Part shown: one piece after another, positions 51,684 through 62,508 of the stretch
How positions within the stretch are numbered: the stretch's first letter is position 1
Layout of the letters: the number at the start of each line of letters is the position of its first letter
Assembly (NCBI RefSeq): GCF_018977255.1
Contig: NW_024704781.1
Span: 558,001 to 622,000, forward strand
Length of the DNA: 64,000 nt
Direction: 5' to 3'
Origin: Callorhinchus milii
Lineage: Eukaryota
Translations under genes and position numbers: made by a program
Notes under the pieces: model-generated
Database searches by the model: none
Seen by the model: the letters and a program-made list of their open reading frames with translations, nothing else
What the model was told of the DNA's origin: nothing

Positions 51684-53103
51684 CTGTAGCCAGAGAGAAC
51701 ATATTATTCACTCTCACACAAGGGCCAGAGGTAAATCTCAAAATTGTTTTAAGATTGCGAGAGAGTGACTTCCGCATAAGCGCCCAAAATAATGAATTTA
51801 ACGGCGCAAAGTATTTAGAGGCGCAAATGGGCTGCGGTGTTATTCTACAAAACGTAAAGTCACCACACGTTACAGTCAAACTATACAACGCGCTTTTGGA
51901 CATTCTCCATACCGAAACGACATTCTGTGTAAGGACTATCGACTCCATCATTTAGATTCTATCCTGGGATGTAAAAAAATCAACCTGGTAATATATTGTA
52001 GTTCAAGTCAGACCCAATCTGCCTGTAATCCCATATATTTATATAATAATAAGAAGAATCCTTGCATTTTGATATAGCGCTCTTCACGTCGGGAGGACGT
52101 CACAAAGCGCTTCAAAGAACACACTCTAAAGAGAATTGACTGCATATTTGTGGGCGAACGCGGCAGCCAATTGCGCACAGCAATGTCCCACAAACAGTCG
52201 TAGATTGAAAATGACCAATTTATTATTGCCTGTGGTTTTGGAGGGATTATATATTTCAATTATCCCTTCAATTCCATTTCAAATCATTATTTTGCTTGAT
52301 TTCATCTGCATTAAGTAATATAATAATCCTTGCATGCGATGGAGTGGATTTATATTTTCAATTGGAGCGCACAGCAGTGTCCAACAAAGAGTCATGGATT
52401 GAATGACCAAACCACTGTCAATTACAAATGTTTTTCTTGCATTGTTTATTATCCCGAAAAAGTATCCGCCAATCGACTAACAACCGTGTTCCTTCTCTGT
52501 GATTTGTAAACGCACTCGTGTGTGCTGAATAAGGAAACTTGCCAAAAATTTCGCCGAACCCAGGTCCTCTCGCTTGCGAGCCGATTTGTCTCACCAGTAC
52601 GGTACAAGACTCCACTGACAGTAAAATATCGCTTTCCAAAATTTCTCTGTGAAAATGAATGTCAGATAATTCTTAAGTGCTGTATTTTGCATCATAGTAT
52701 TATTTTACCCACCGCTATGCTACAGAACTCCGAAGGTCCTCTCTCACTCTAACAAATGAAAAATTGGCTGCGGCCTTTTGACTCCCAAAATATACAGTGA
52801 ATTCAGTTTACAGTATATTTTGCGAAGCACTTTGAGACATCTAAATCGCATTGATTATTCGATTTGTTAATATGCTTCTTCATTGCTATTGACAACATGT
52901 CTGCATTCCAACAAACATTTATCACAATCTGTTATCTGTTGGTGAAAAAAATCTCAAATGTACAGTAAGAAAAGTATTATATATTATAATTCACTTAATA
53001 TGAATTAAATAAAGTGTAAGCTAGGATCGCAGTTGGAAGAGGGTTTGTTACACTCTCTTTCACTAACTGTACTCTTTTGGTTCCCAGCTTTGGTTGTGAT
53101 GAG

Positions 53104-53444
53104 GGTTACTGTACGAGGTTTCCTATCATGTGTATCACTGTGGTGCAGACTGAGTGCACAGTGATACAGAGCGGAGTCTGTCAGCCGCACGCCGGCGATG
53201 GTTAAAATGCTGATTCCCTTGGCAGTGTCAAGAGAAGCAGAAATATGATCTCCAGTGGGGTTTCCTCCCTCTCCTGAGGGTTTTCTGTGGAGCAGGTATT
53301 TCAGTGCCTCGCCAGGGGACGGACGGTACCAGGAGACGCTGAGATCTTGTCCGCACAATCCTGAATATTTGCAATGTAATGTAGTGTTCTGACCAGCAAA
53401 CGCCGTTTGTTCAGGCGGTGTCTGGGAAACTGTATAACTCGATT
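53104..53444 (-). CDS. Leaderless NAR-TCR supporting TCR-delta V exon (53444-53143) with 23-RSS
   Basis: Acceptor CCATACAG|AA; SSYTVSQTPP...LHCKYSGLCGQDLSVSWYRPSP...LTDSALYHCALSLH; extra Cys in CDR1; RSS CACAGTG (53142-53136), 23 nt, ACAGTAACC (53112-53104); no leader exon found. Confidence 0.88.
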
Positions 53445-53529
53445 CTGTATGGTTCAAAATCAAAAGATACTTTGAATCGCACCATCTTAGAATCGTATAA
53501 TATTTGCAATTGTCATACCGTATTATGAG

Positions 53530-53882
53530 GAATTCGGACGTCTCAAAACGCTTCTAAGAATGCATTGTAAAGTGCAGTGACTGTGTACACTGTGGGTGAA
53601 AATCGGCAGTCGATTGAACACAACAGTGTCCCACAAACACTCGTCCATTGAGCGTCTACGTTTTTACCATAATTATTCGTAAGTTTCTTTAAGGGATTAT
53701 TACACCTAGAAGAGAGATCCACTATCGACTGACTATCGGGTTCCTACTTACAGTTTGGTAAATATAGGCGTGTGTGTGGTTGTAGGAATTTACCCAAAGT
53801 TGTGTCCTGCCCGGCAATCGAAATCAAGTCCTCTCTCTTGCAAGAAAAGTTGTCTCAAAACTGAGCTACATGACTCCACAGG
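53530..53882 (-). mobile_element. tRNA-derived SINE, diverged
   Basis: Reverse complement of tail, core and head. Confidence 0.75.
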
Positions 53883-54664
53883 ACTTGTGGTGTCTCTGAC
53901 CTGAGGTTCAACGGCAACTGTGAACCACTGGAATCATGTAGCACAGAAGGAGGCCATCGGGTCTAATGTGCCTCAACGTCTCATTGAAAGAACTGTATAG
54001 CTCTACTCATTCCCCTCCTGATACACTATAGCTTTGCAGTTGTTGTTTTTTCAATTAAATTGTCTACGAATTCCGTTTTGAATTTTTTTATTGTATCTGC
54101 TTACATTTCAAACAGTGCATTCCAAACTCTAATGACTTCATATAAATGAAGCCCCGCCTACCCTATATCAATCTGGTTAATCACCTTTGCTCCCCGTCCA
54201 AGGCCTTGATATCTTTCCTAATTGAAATGCTTCGTACCAAATGTCAGGATTATTATTATAACAGTGACAGAAACAGCAGAGGAATGGATTAATGTAAAGA
54301 GCACTTGTAGATGAGCCACATTTTAATGCAGAAACAAACAGTGTAACTATTTCTGTGACACCAGTAATATGATCTCTCATAAATGCACCGATTAATTAAG
54401 CTTTGTTCTAATCTTGTACATGTTTACTGTGGCGGATTTTCCACATTGAGGCTTTGGGTGTCTGTGATCATGGGAATGTTTAGCAGATAATCAGGTGTCA
54501 GTTTGTAACGTTTTCTGAGCGGGTTTACAGTTGAGGCACATGGAAAGTTTCCCTTCTGTAAATGCCGTTACTTTAACATTGGTGTTGGAGGAGCTTCAGC
54601 CTCTGACTTGTTGCCAATATCAGTTTCTCGCTCAGTCTGTGAGCCGCTCAATACAGTCTCACTT

Positions 54665-54901
54665 NNNNNNNNNNNNNNNNNNNNNNNNNNNNNNNNNNNN
54701 NNNNNNNNNNNNNNNNNNNNNNNNNNNNNNNNNNNNNNNNNNNNNNNNNNNNNNNNNNNNNNNNNNNNNNNNNNNNNNNNNNNNNNNNNNNNNNNNNNNN
54801 NNNNNNNNNNNNNNNNNNNNNNNNNNNNNNNNNNNNNNNNNNNNNNNNNNNNNNNNNNNNNNNNNNNNNNNNNNNNNNNNNNNNNNNNNNNNNNNNNNNN
54901 N
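54665..54901. other. Assembly gap (237 N)
   Basis: Run of N. Confidence 1.
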
Positions 54902-55511
54902 GTTATATTCTTTTCAGTCTTTCTTCAAGTTTCTTATCTTTCATTTTGGCAAAACGAGTGAATATTTACTTGCCCGTTTGTGTAGAATAACGCAGAAATC
55001 GATGGGATCAATCAGCACGTGTGTAGAGAGGAAAGTGAGCTAATATTTCAAGTGGATGACCTTGCGTCAGAACTATATGTTGTTGGAAGGCAGCAGTTTG
55101 TAGAATGTTTCTCAACGTAATCAATTCAGTCGAAGGTGGCTCCAGTTTTAGTGAGATTTGAGCAGAATAGGAAATGTAATACTTTCTTTGGATCAAAATA
55201 TGCTGCTTAATATGTTACTGAATTTACACTCAACAGATGCTCTGAGGATGTTCCTTTGGAACTCATTTCCAGACAACGTCAGAGACTTTATAAAACATAG
55301 CAATAATAGCTGTTCATTTGAGAAACAAGCTTCATTGTGGGAGCTCATTAATATTTTCCACAACATGGAATTTATATTCCATAATTTGTCAAATGGATTG
55401 TTGAAGTGGCTCGGTTATAAATAATTGGGAGAATGAAATAGACTAATGCATTTTACAAGTTCACGTGAATAAAGTTTTACTTTAGTATGGTATAAATGTT
55501 TTCTCACTTAC

Positions 55512-55603
55512 TTTTCTCTACAGCTACTTTGGTTCCTGATCCATCGATGGTTTCGCCAAAATATCACAGTAACGCAGCTCTCCTTCTACAAGGTGCAAAA
55601 ACT
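55512..55603 (-). CDS. NAR-TCR J segment (55564-55512) with a 5' 23-RSS
   Basis: Nonamer AGTTTTTGC (55603-55595), 23 nt, heptamer TACTGTG (55571-55565); codes YFGETIDGSGTKVAVEK; donor AAAA|GTAAGT in phase 1, compatible with the 53444 acceptor. Confidence 0.88.
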
Positions 55604-55915
55604 GTTCTATAAGATCATGTTTGAATTCTGCACCAAAACAAACAAATGCTGAGAGATTGGACAGGATATCCTATTTTTCCATCATTATCCCATCTTCTGA
55701 ATTTTGATTTGTCCAAATCATGTGTATTTTCTTTATTTCCTCCCAAATACAGACAAAGTGCACGGCCCAAAGAACGCCTCTCTGCAAATAATTTCACAAA
55801 ATGTCTGCTTGAAACAATCAAGATTCAAAGCCAATTTTCGTCATGTTGAGGAGCATTAAGCAGGAAAAAATTATCTGTGATCACGCCTCTTGTATCTCCA
55901 TGCAACTAGATATAC

Positions 55916-56694
55916 AGTATTTGTGCTGATGTTTCACAATGTGATAATCCCAACCCAGTAACCTTGTAATCTTTGTATAGAGCTGTACATTTGTAGTCAG
56001 CGCTGTCTTCAACTTGCAAGTCATTAATTTCCAGAGAAGACGACTTCGATCCCGTGTCTATCTTTACAACAAACCGTCCTTCACGAGGGATGGGCATCCA
56101 AGGTGTGCCTTTTCCAAACTGCATAAAAAATTCCACGTTCTTGAAGTATTCACGGTTACCTGCTTCAAAGACACAGCTGATGGTCAAAGCCTCGCAATCT
56201 TCTTTCCTAATGGAGGATGGTGTCTGCTTTACTGAGGCACTGAAAACATCTGAAAATTATACACAACATAACATCAGTTAAACAGGTCTTCAATGCTGAC
56301 CGCTTCTATAAAAATTACATCCCAAACTTTGGCTTAATTATGATTGATATCAATTAACATGATTTAATCACGATATACAATATCATTATATTATGAATTC
56401 ACATAAATAATTTTTATATATAATATAATTATCATAATATAATTTATAGCAATTCCCTGTTTAATTCCTGCCACAAATAACGCAGTTATTTCACTTCACA
56501 ATATATTCCGAGAAGCTCCTTAAAACGTCTCATAGAAGTGTTAAAGCAATATATCAATGCAAGGATTATTAGTATAATTATTATACCGCAGATTGTGATG
56601 ATGACATTCACTGGTGCTGTGTAGTGTTTTGTAATGGAAACAAACACTTACATTGTAGGAAGAGGAAGGAGATGGAGACACAGAGGAGAGACAT
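55916..56694 (-). CDS. NAR-TCR (IgNAR-like) V gene: leader 56694-56652, V(-D) exon 56249-55944, 12-RSS 55943-55916
   Basis: MSLLCVSISFLFLQ|YVFSASVKQTPSSIRKEDCEALTISCVFEAGNREYFKNVEFFMQFGKGTPWMPIPREGRFVVKIDTGSKSSSLEINDLQVEDSADYKCTALYKDYKVTGLGL. IgNAR-like frameworks with the CDR2 region deleted; RSS CACATTG, 12 nt, ACAAATACT. Confidence 0.9.
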
Positions 56695-56975
56695 TCTCTC
56701 ACCGCTGGGAGATACCGTCAGCCCCGGGCAACTCAGAGTGACTGTGAGTAACACAGGGCTGTTCTGTAAGAGCTTTGGAGACTTGGATTATTTGTGATGA
56801 ACAGTGTCACATCATGGCTGGTGTCAACGGCTTTGAGGGGTGGGCGGGGGATGGTTTGGAGCTGGAGGGGAAGAACATACATGAGGAAAGGGACTGACTG
56901 ACTGTGCCAGAGAGCAGTGGGCAGAGAGGGCGATTTGGGGTTGACTGTTCGAGGCTCATTTAGGTTTAAATGAAC

Positions 56976-57306
56976 AATTAATAATAATAATAATAATAAT
57001 AATAATCCTTGCATTTGATATAGCGCTTTTCACGACGGGAGGACGTCCCAAAGCGCTTCACAGAACACACTGTAAAGTGAGTTGACTGTATATTTGTGGG
57101 CCTACGCGGCAGCCAATAGCGCACAGCAATGTCCCACAAACAGTCGTGGATTGAAAATGACCAATTTATTATTGTTTTTGGTTTTGGAGGGATTATTATT
57201 AGGCTCTGTGTGGAGTAAGGAAACTTGCCCGAGGTTTCGCCCTCTGCCGGGAATTTAACTCAGGTCTCTCACTTGAAAAGCGAGTGCTCTAACCACTGAG
57301 CTACTG
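56976..57306 (-). mobile_element. tRNA-derived SINE, young near-consensus copy
   Basis: Close match to 22646-22969 in reverse orientation; long (TAA)n tail. Confidence 0.92.
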
Positions 57307-57879
57307 AGGGAGTGTAATCTAACAATGTGAGAGGGACAAAGGCTGTGTGATGTAGAGATTTACTGAAAATTGGGAAAGGCACATAAAGAAACTACTAACA
57401 CACCTTTGAGTTGGAGTGAGTTCTGTTACAGTGACCAGCAGCAGGACGGGGAAGCCGATCAAGGCAGCAGTGAGTTAGTGAGATATGGCTGATAATGGGT
57501 GAGAAGGAGGAGGGACAAATAGGGGTAAAGGAGTGTTGGGTGGGGTGGTTATATAATCCGTGGGGAGAGAGGGGTTGACAAAGGGATGATCGTCTGCAGG
57601 GGGATAGAGAGGAGAAAGAGAAGGCAGTTCATAAGATGTTTTCTTTTCAGCATACATGTGAAGAGGTTTATCACGACTTAACCATATGGTAATGCACAGT
57701 ATTAAACGCAAGCATTATTGTTAATAATTAATAACTCGGATTGTCTGTCTCTATGTCAGTGTGTCTGTGTGTTTCTCTTTCTGAGTGTTTGTTTGTCTTT
57801 GTCTGTCTGTTTCTCTCTCTCTCTCTCTGTCTCTCTCGCTCGCTCTATTTATTTGAATACTTAGGAAAGTTTCCTTGCT

Positions 57880-58010
57880 GCACGAATGCACACACACACA
57901 GACACACACACACACATACACACATACACACACACGCACACACTCACACACAGACACACACACACTCACACACACAAACACACGCACACTCACACACAAA
58001 CAGACATACG
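57880..58010 (+). repeat. Degenerate (CA)n microsatellite
   Basis: Direct reading. Confidence 0.9.
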
Positions 58011-58404
58011 CGGTTAAGCGGTAAGTACAAACTTACCGCTATACCGCTTGTTTTTCTAATGTTGGATTGTTTTCCAGCCGTAAACATCCCTACAATCTAA
58101 TAATAATAATAATTTGATTACTTAATCCATGACTGTGTATGGAAACACGCTTCTGTCGGTGCGTTTCGCCTACAAAACCCAGTCACTACCCTTTATAATA
58201 TATTCTGTGGAAAGCTTTGTGGCATCTTGTTGACGTGATGACTTATAGAGTGTGAGGAGGGAGCTGAACACAAGTGGAATCAATATTTTGTGATTATTTT
58301 TTGACATTAACGATGGACGGGGAGGTCATAGCAGTTTGGGAATGTGTGTGAGGGAGAGGCGATAGATTGGATCATGTTGGAGCCCGTTTTATTCTTATAA
58401 CCAT

Positions 58405-58810
58405 AATAATCCTTGCATTTGATACTCAACATTTTCTCGTCCCAAAGCGATTCACAAAATATACTGAAGAGTTAATCTATTTCATGTTTAGGTGGTAAAA
58501 TGAATCAGCTAATTGTGCTCATCAGTGTCCTACAAACAGTCGGAGATTGAGTGACCGAATTAATATTTTACTTATGGAATTATTGACATGTTTTAAAATA
58601 AACATGTAATTGTTTTATTTTAAGGGATTATTGCAGCCGGTAAGTTAACCTCCAAACGAATAACATGAGTGTTCCTATTTAGTGTTAAGTAATCAATCGC
58701 GTGTGTGGCTTAAGGAAACTTGCCTAAGGTGTCTCCCCACCCGAGAATCGAATTCAGATCATCTCGCTTGCGAAACTTGTGTTTTGACCACTAAGTTAAA
58801 AGACTCCACA
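58405..58810 (-). mobile_element. tRNA-derived SINE, diverged
   Basis: Tail at about 58405 and head (GGAAACTTGCC...GAATCGAATTCAG...TCTCGCTTGCG) at about 58710-58810. Confidence 0.7.
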
Positions 58811-59147
58811 TTATTCAACGAATGAGGTATCTTCCTGATGCGAAAGCTGCTGTTCAAAGTCAGTTTTATTGTATTGTTATATGGCGACATCTATCGGCAT
58901 TTCAGTAGAATGTCAGTGTATAGTCGTGTTCGAGTGACCAAATTATTATTTTGTTTTAGAGAGCTTATTACCCCCAGAAAAGCAATCCGTTAATCAACTA
59001 ACAATCGTGTTCCTATTTACTGCTAAACAAACTGAAGTGTGTGGAGTAAGGAAACGTTCAAAATTTTGCACGGCTGGGAGTCAAACACAAGTCTCTCGCT
59101 TGCGAGCCGAGTGCTATAACCACTGGCTACAAGGCTCAACTTGGTTG

Positions 59148-60088
59148 GGTTTTTGTACAAGGAAGTCATTGACTTGCAGCACTGTACAGCTGTGCTTAAG
59201 TCGCAATAATATGTGGCAGCGTCAGTGACAATGACACTGAATATGTTTAATGTGGTTTGTCTCTGATTCTTGTCAAGCTGTGAAGTGAAACGGCCTTTGG
59301 CGAAATCTGCTGTGTTGCTTCCTCCCTTAGTATTACTGTCGAGAATGTATTGAGGAGCCAGACCTGGGTGATGTCTGTACCAGTACAGAGCAGCAAAGGA
59401 CGAGCTGGTGGTATATGAGCAGCTCAGACTCACTCTTTCACCCTCTTGTTTGCTCAGCACCGCTGTCTGCTGTCTGACTGAATCTCCCAGCACCACATCT
59501 GCAACGAGAGGAAAGGATCAACATCAAACATGGCGCTATTGCAGGCGTGTAGTTCAGTGGTTTGTGCACTCGCCTCTCAAGCGAGAGGACCACGGTTCGA
59601 TTCCCGGGCAGGGCAGGGAGAAATCTTCGGCAACTTTCCTTACTACATACACAAGCCCCTATTTACGAAGCAATAAGTAGGAACCCAGTTGTTAGTCGAT
59701 TGGCGGATTGCTTTTCCTCGGACAATAATGGATAAAAAATAAACGTGGTCTCTCAATGCACCACTTTCTGTGGAAGTCTGCTGTGTACAGTTGGCTGCAG
59801 CGTTTCTCTCACAACATATACGGACTTGTCAATGAATGGTGAGACGCGCTTTGAGATGCTGCATTTATTTTAAGGCGTTTTATCAAATACAAGAATTACT
59901 ATTATTAGCTTTCCATTCCTAACATCTCAAGTCCCAAACCCAGCTCGGGTGACCAGCTAGGACTGCCAAACAAAATGAACCATCCTACTGATGAGAAAGC
60001 CTCTATATCAATCTTAATCTGTACTGTATTTCACAGCCTCACCTGACATAAAGTTCAATATGAGCAGGTAGTCGATGAACAGCCACAT
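59148..60088 (-). CDS. TCR alpha/delta V gene, open frame but defective RSS: leader 60088-60043, V exon 59498-about 59187
   Basis: MWLFIDYLLILNFMS|DVVLGDSVRQQTAVLSKQEGERVSLSCSYTTSSSFAALYWYRHHPGLAPQYIL...FAKGRFTSQLDKNQRQTTLNIFSVIVTDAATYYCDLS; consensus nonamer ACAAAAACC, but the heptamer 23 nt away reads TACAGTG. Confidence 0.88.
59534..59910 (+). mobile_element. tRNA-derived SINE in the leader-V intron
   Basis: Head GTGTAGTTCAGTGGTTTGTGCACTCGCC...GGTTCGATTCCCGG, then core and tail. Confidence 0.8.
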
Positions 60089-60849
60089 TGTCGCTCTTCC
60101 CCTAGAAGTCTTTACCATCAGAGTTTGATGATGGAAAGTATATGACGGGTTTCACCATCACATCCGTGATACCACAGCAGTGTTTCCTTGACAAACTTAC
60201 CCCTTGAACTTGTTGTCAGGTTGCTAAATATGGGCGTTGGGCTACACTCATTTTCATGTTCAGTGAATTCGGAGCCACCGCAAAGCGGTGTCAAAACTGA
60301 TGTGAATAACATTTTGTTGAGAAAGAATCTTAATAATCCTTGCATTTCATAAAGCGTCGATCAGTCAAGAATCACACCAACAAATTGCATTGAACAGCGC
60401 CTTTTTACGGGAGTACGTCCCAAGTACTTGAGAGTGAAGCGTTTTGGACTCGAGCTGCAGTTTGGGAAGAGAGAGGGGTGGAGAACCTGTTGAGTTGAGG
60501 AGGGATGATCCCTGAAGACACAGTTGTAAACGAAGATCTTGAGAAGGAAGCAAGTGGACGGAGACATTTTATTTGCTGTTATATATACTCTTCCACCTTT
60601 AAATGCTACCAAGATGTCTGCAACCCAACCTCAGCGCCTGCACAAACATTACCATCTCGGACACTCATTTCTCACTGTCGGGATATTGATAATCGTTTCG
60701 AGTCGTTCCGTGAGATATTTAGCATCCACTTGAACGTGGATGTCGTGACCAATATTATTTTTAAAGGGGATAATGTCCACCAGAAAAGTAATAAGCCGAT
60801 CGATTAAAAATCGGGTTCTCATTTACTGCAAGGTAAACATAAGAGTATT

Positions 60850-61120
60850 ATTAATAATAATAATAATGTTTCCATTTGATAGAGCGCTTTTCACGTCATC
60901 TGGATGTCTGAAAGCGCTTCACAGAATATGCTGTAAAGCAAACTGACTGAATATTTGTAGGCGAAATGCTGCAGCAAATTGCGCACAGCAGCGTCCCACA
61001 AACAGTCGTGGGTTGAAATGACCAATTTGTTTTTAGGGAATATTTTCAGGCGTGTGGAGTAAGGAAACATGCCCAAGCTTTCATCCTGGCGGGAACCATA
61101 CGCAGATCTCTCGCTTGCAG
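60850..61120 (-). mobile_element. tRNA-derived SINE
   Basis: Reverse complement of tail, core and partial head. Confidence 0.85.
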
Positions 61121-61512
61121 ATTAATTAGAAATTAATCTGCCTGAAATTTCACCCGACACGGAATCCAATTTTACTCCTCTCGTTTGACAGGCGAGTCTT
61201 TTTCACTCCATCAAAGGTCTTCGTGTGACTTAGTAACACAAATAAATCAAGATTTGTTTTAATTTTGTTTGCAATCCGAAGTAAAATATATAGCAACTGG
61301 ACCTATAGCGCCTAACTCATTCATGAATTAGAGTCTGCGTTTATTTTGACATATGATTGGGTGAATGTTCAGCTGTCAAGTTGATATAAGGTGAATGTGG
61401 TTTCCTCTGAGTCTGGCTACCGACATGTCTGCTCACCGCAGGACCTCAAGGCCTGACCAAGTTACCACACACATTTCAACAGACAGATCATCCCTATGTA
61501 CAAAGTGAAGGC

Positions 61513-62508
61513 AATTGTTGTGCGAGACTTGATGTGCAGTCTATCACTGTGGTGACACTAAAGGCACAGTAATACACAGCGCTGTCAGACACCACCAGCT
61601 CAGAGATGGATAAACTGCTGGTGTAGTTGGATTTCTGTAGCTGAGCAGAGAAACGGTTTCCAAATCCTTCTCCTTTGTCTTCATCGTCATTCGAAGAATA
61701 TCGCGCAACTATAAACTCTGGCTGTGAGTCTGGGTAATGTCGGTACCAGAAGAGACGGTAACTGTTTTCAGTCGTGGAATAGGTACATTTTTCCCATCAC
61801 GGTTTCTCCTTCTCTCCTAAGCATCGAGGCTTCTTTCTGATTGACAGTGTCCCCATCATAAAGTTCTGTGTTAGGCATGGAAGAGTACGACGATATATTA
61901 TTCGCTCCTTGGCTGACACTTGTTCCACGCATTGGGTTATCCTCCAAAAGGGAAAGGCCCTATACACATGCCGTTTGTTAATAGTTAAATAATAGTTTCT
62001 TTAGCGCATTATCGCGGTGTTGAGACGTCTTTGTGCGCTGCATAAAATACACTATAAAGTGAACAACTGTGCATCTTGAGGGCAAATTTGCTGCACAGCA
62101 GTGTAACACAAACAGTTATGGAATCAGCTATCAATTTATTATTTGAACAAAATCGCATGTGTTGTTGCCGCCGAATCCACTGCAAACGAATGAATGGAGA
62201 ATTATTATTTGGAATGTTTATTACCAACGTGTTATAAACCAATGTGCATGCTGCTTACTGCTTGGTGAACAGATGTGTGTCTGTATGTATCGAGTGAAAA
62301 AACTTGCCTAAGGTTTCACACTGCCAAGGGAATCGAACCCAGATCTTGTCGCTTGTGGGGCGAGTGCTCTATACACTGAGCTACAGGTTTTCCTACTCCA
62401 GTTGTTATTGACATGGAGCTGACAATCAGCAGCGATACTGAATTAGCTGAACACGACCTCACTTGACATAAAGGTTCCCAGGACAAGACAGACAGCAAAC
62501 AGCCTCAT
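61513..62508 (-). pseudogene. TCR alpha/delta V gene with a +1 frameshift: leader 62508-62463, V exon 61865-61552, 23-RSS
   Basis: MRLFAVCLVLGTFMS|KLYDGDTVNQKEASMLRREGETVMG, then frame shifts to KCTYSTTENSYRLFWYRHYPDSQPEF...SISELVVSDSAVYYCAFSV; RSS CACAGTG (61551-61545), 23 nt, ACAACAATT. Confidence 0.87.
61990..62392 (-). mobile_element. tRNA-derived SINE in the leader-V intron
   Basis: Head reverse complement at about 62300-62390 (GGGAATCGAACCCAG...CACTGAGCTACAGG); tail at about 62000. Confidence 0.75.

Noticed and set aside
54080-54140. Candidate leader exon for the 53.4-kb V (MKSLEFGMHCLK|GTAAGC)
   Set aside because: Not hydrophobic, and splicing to the V acceptor would create TAA.
55604-55915. 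Free D segments between the NAR-type V and J
   Set aside because: No heptamer-spacer-nonamer pair with 12 or 23 spacing was found by eye on either strand.
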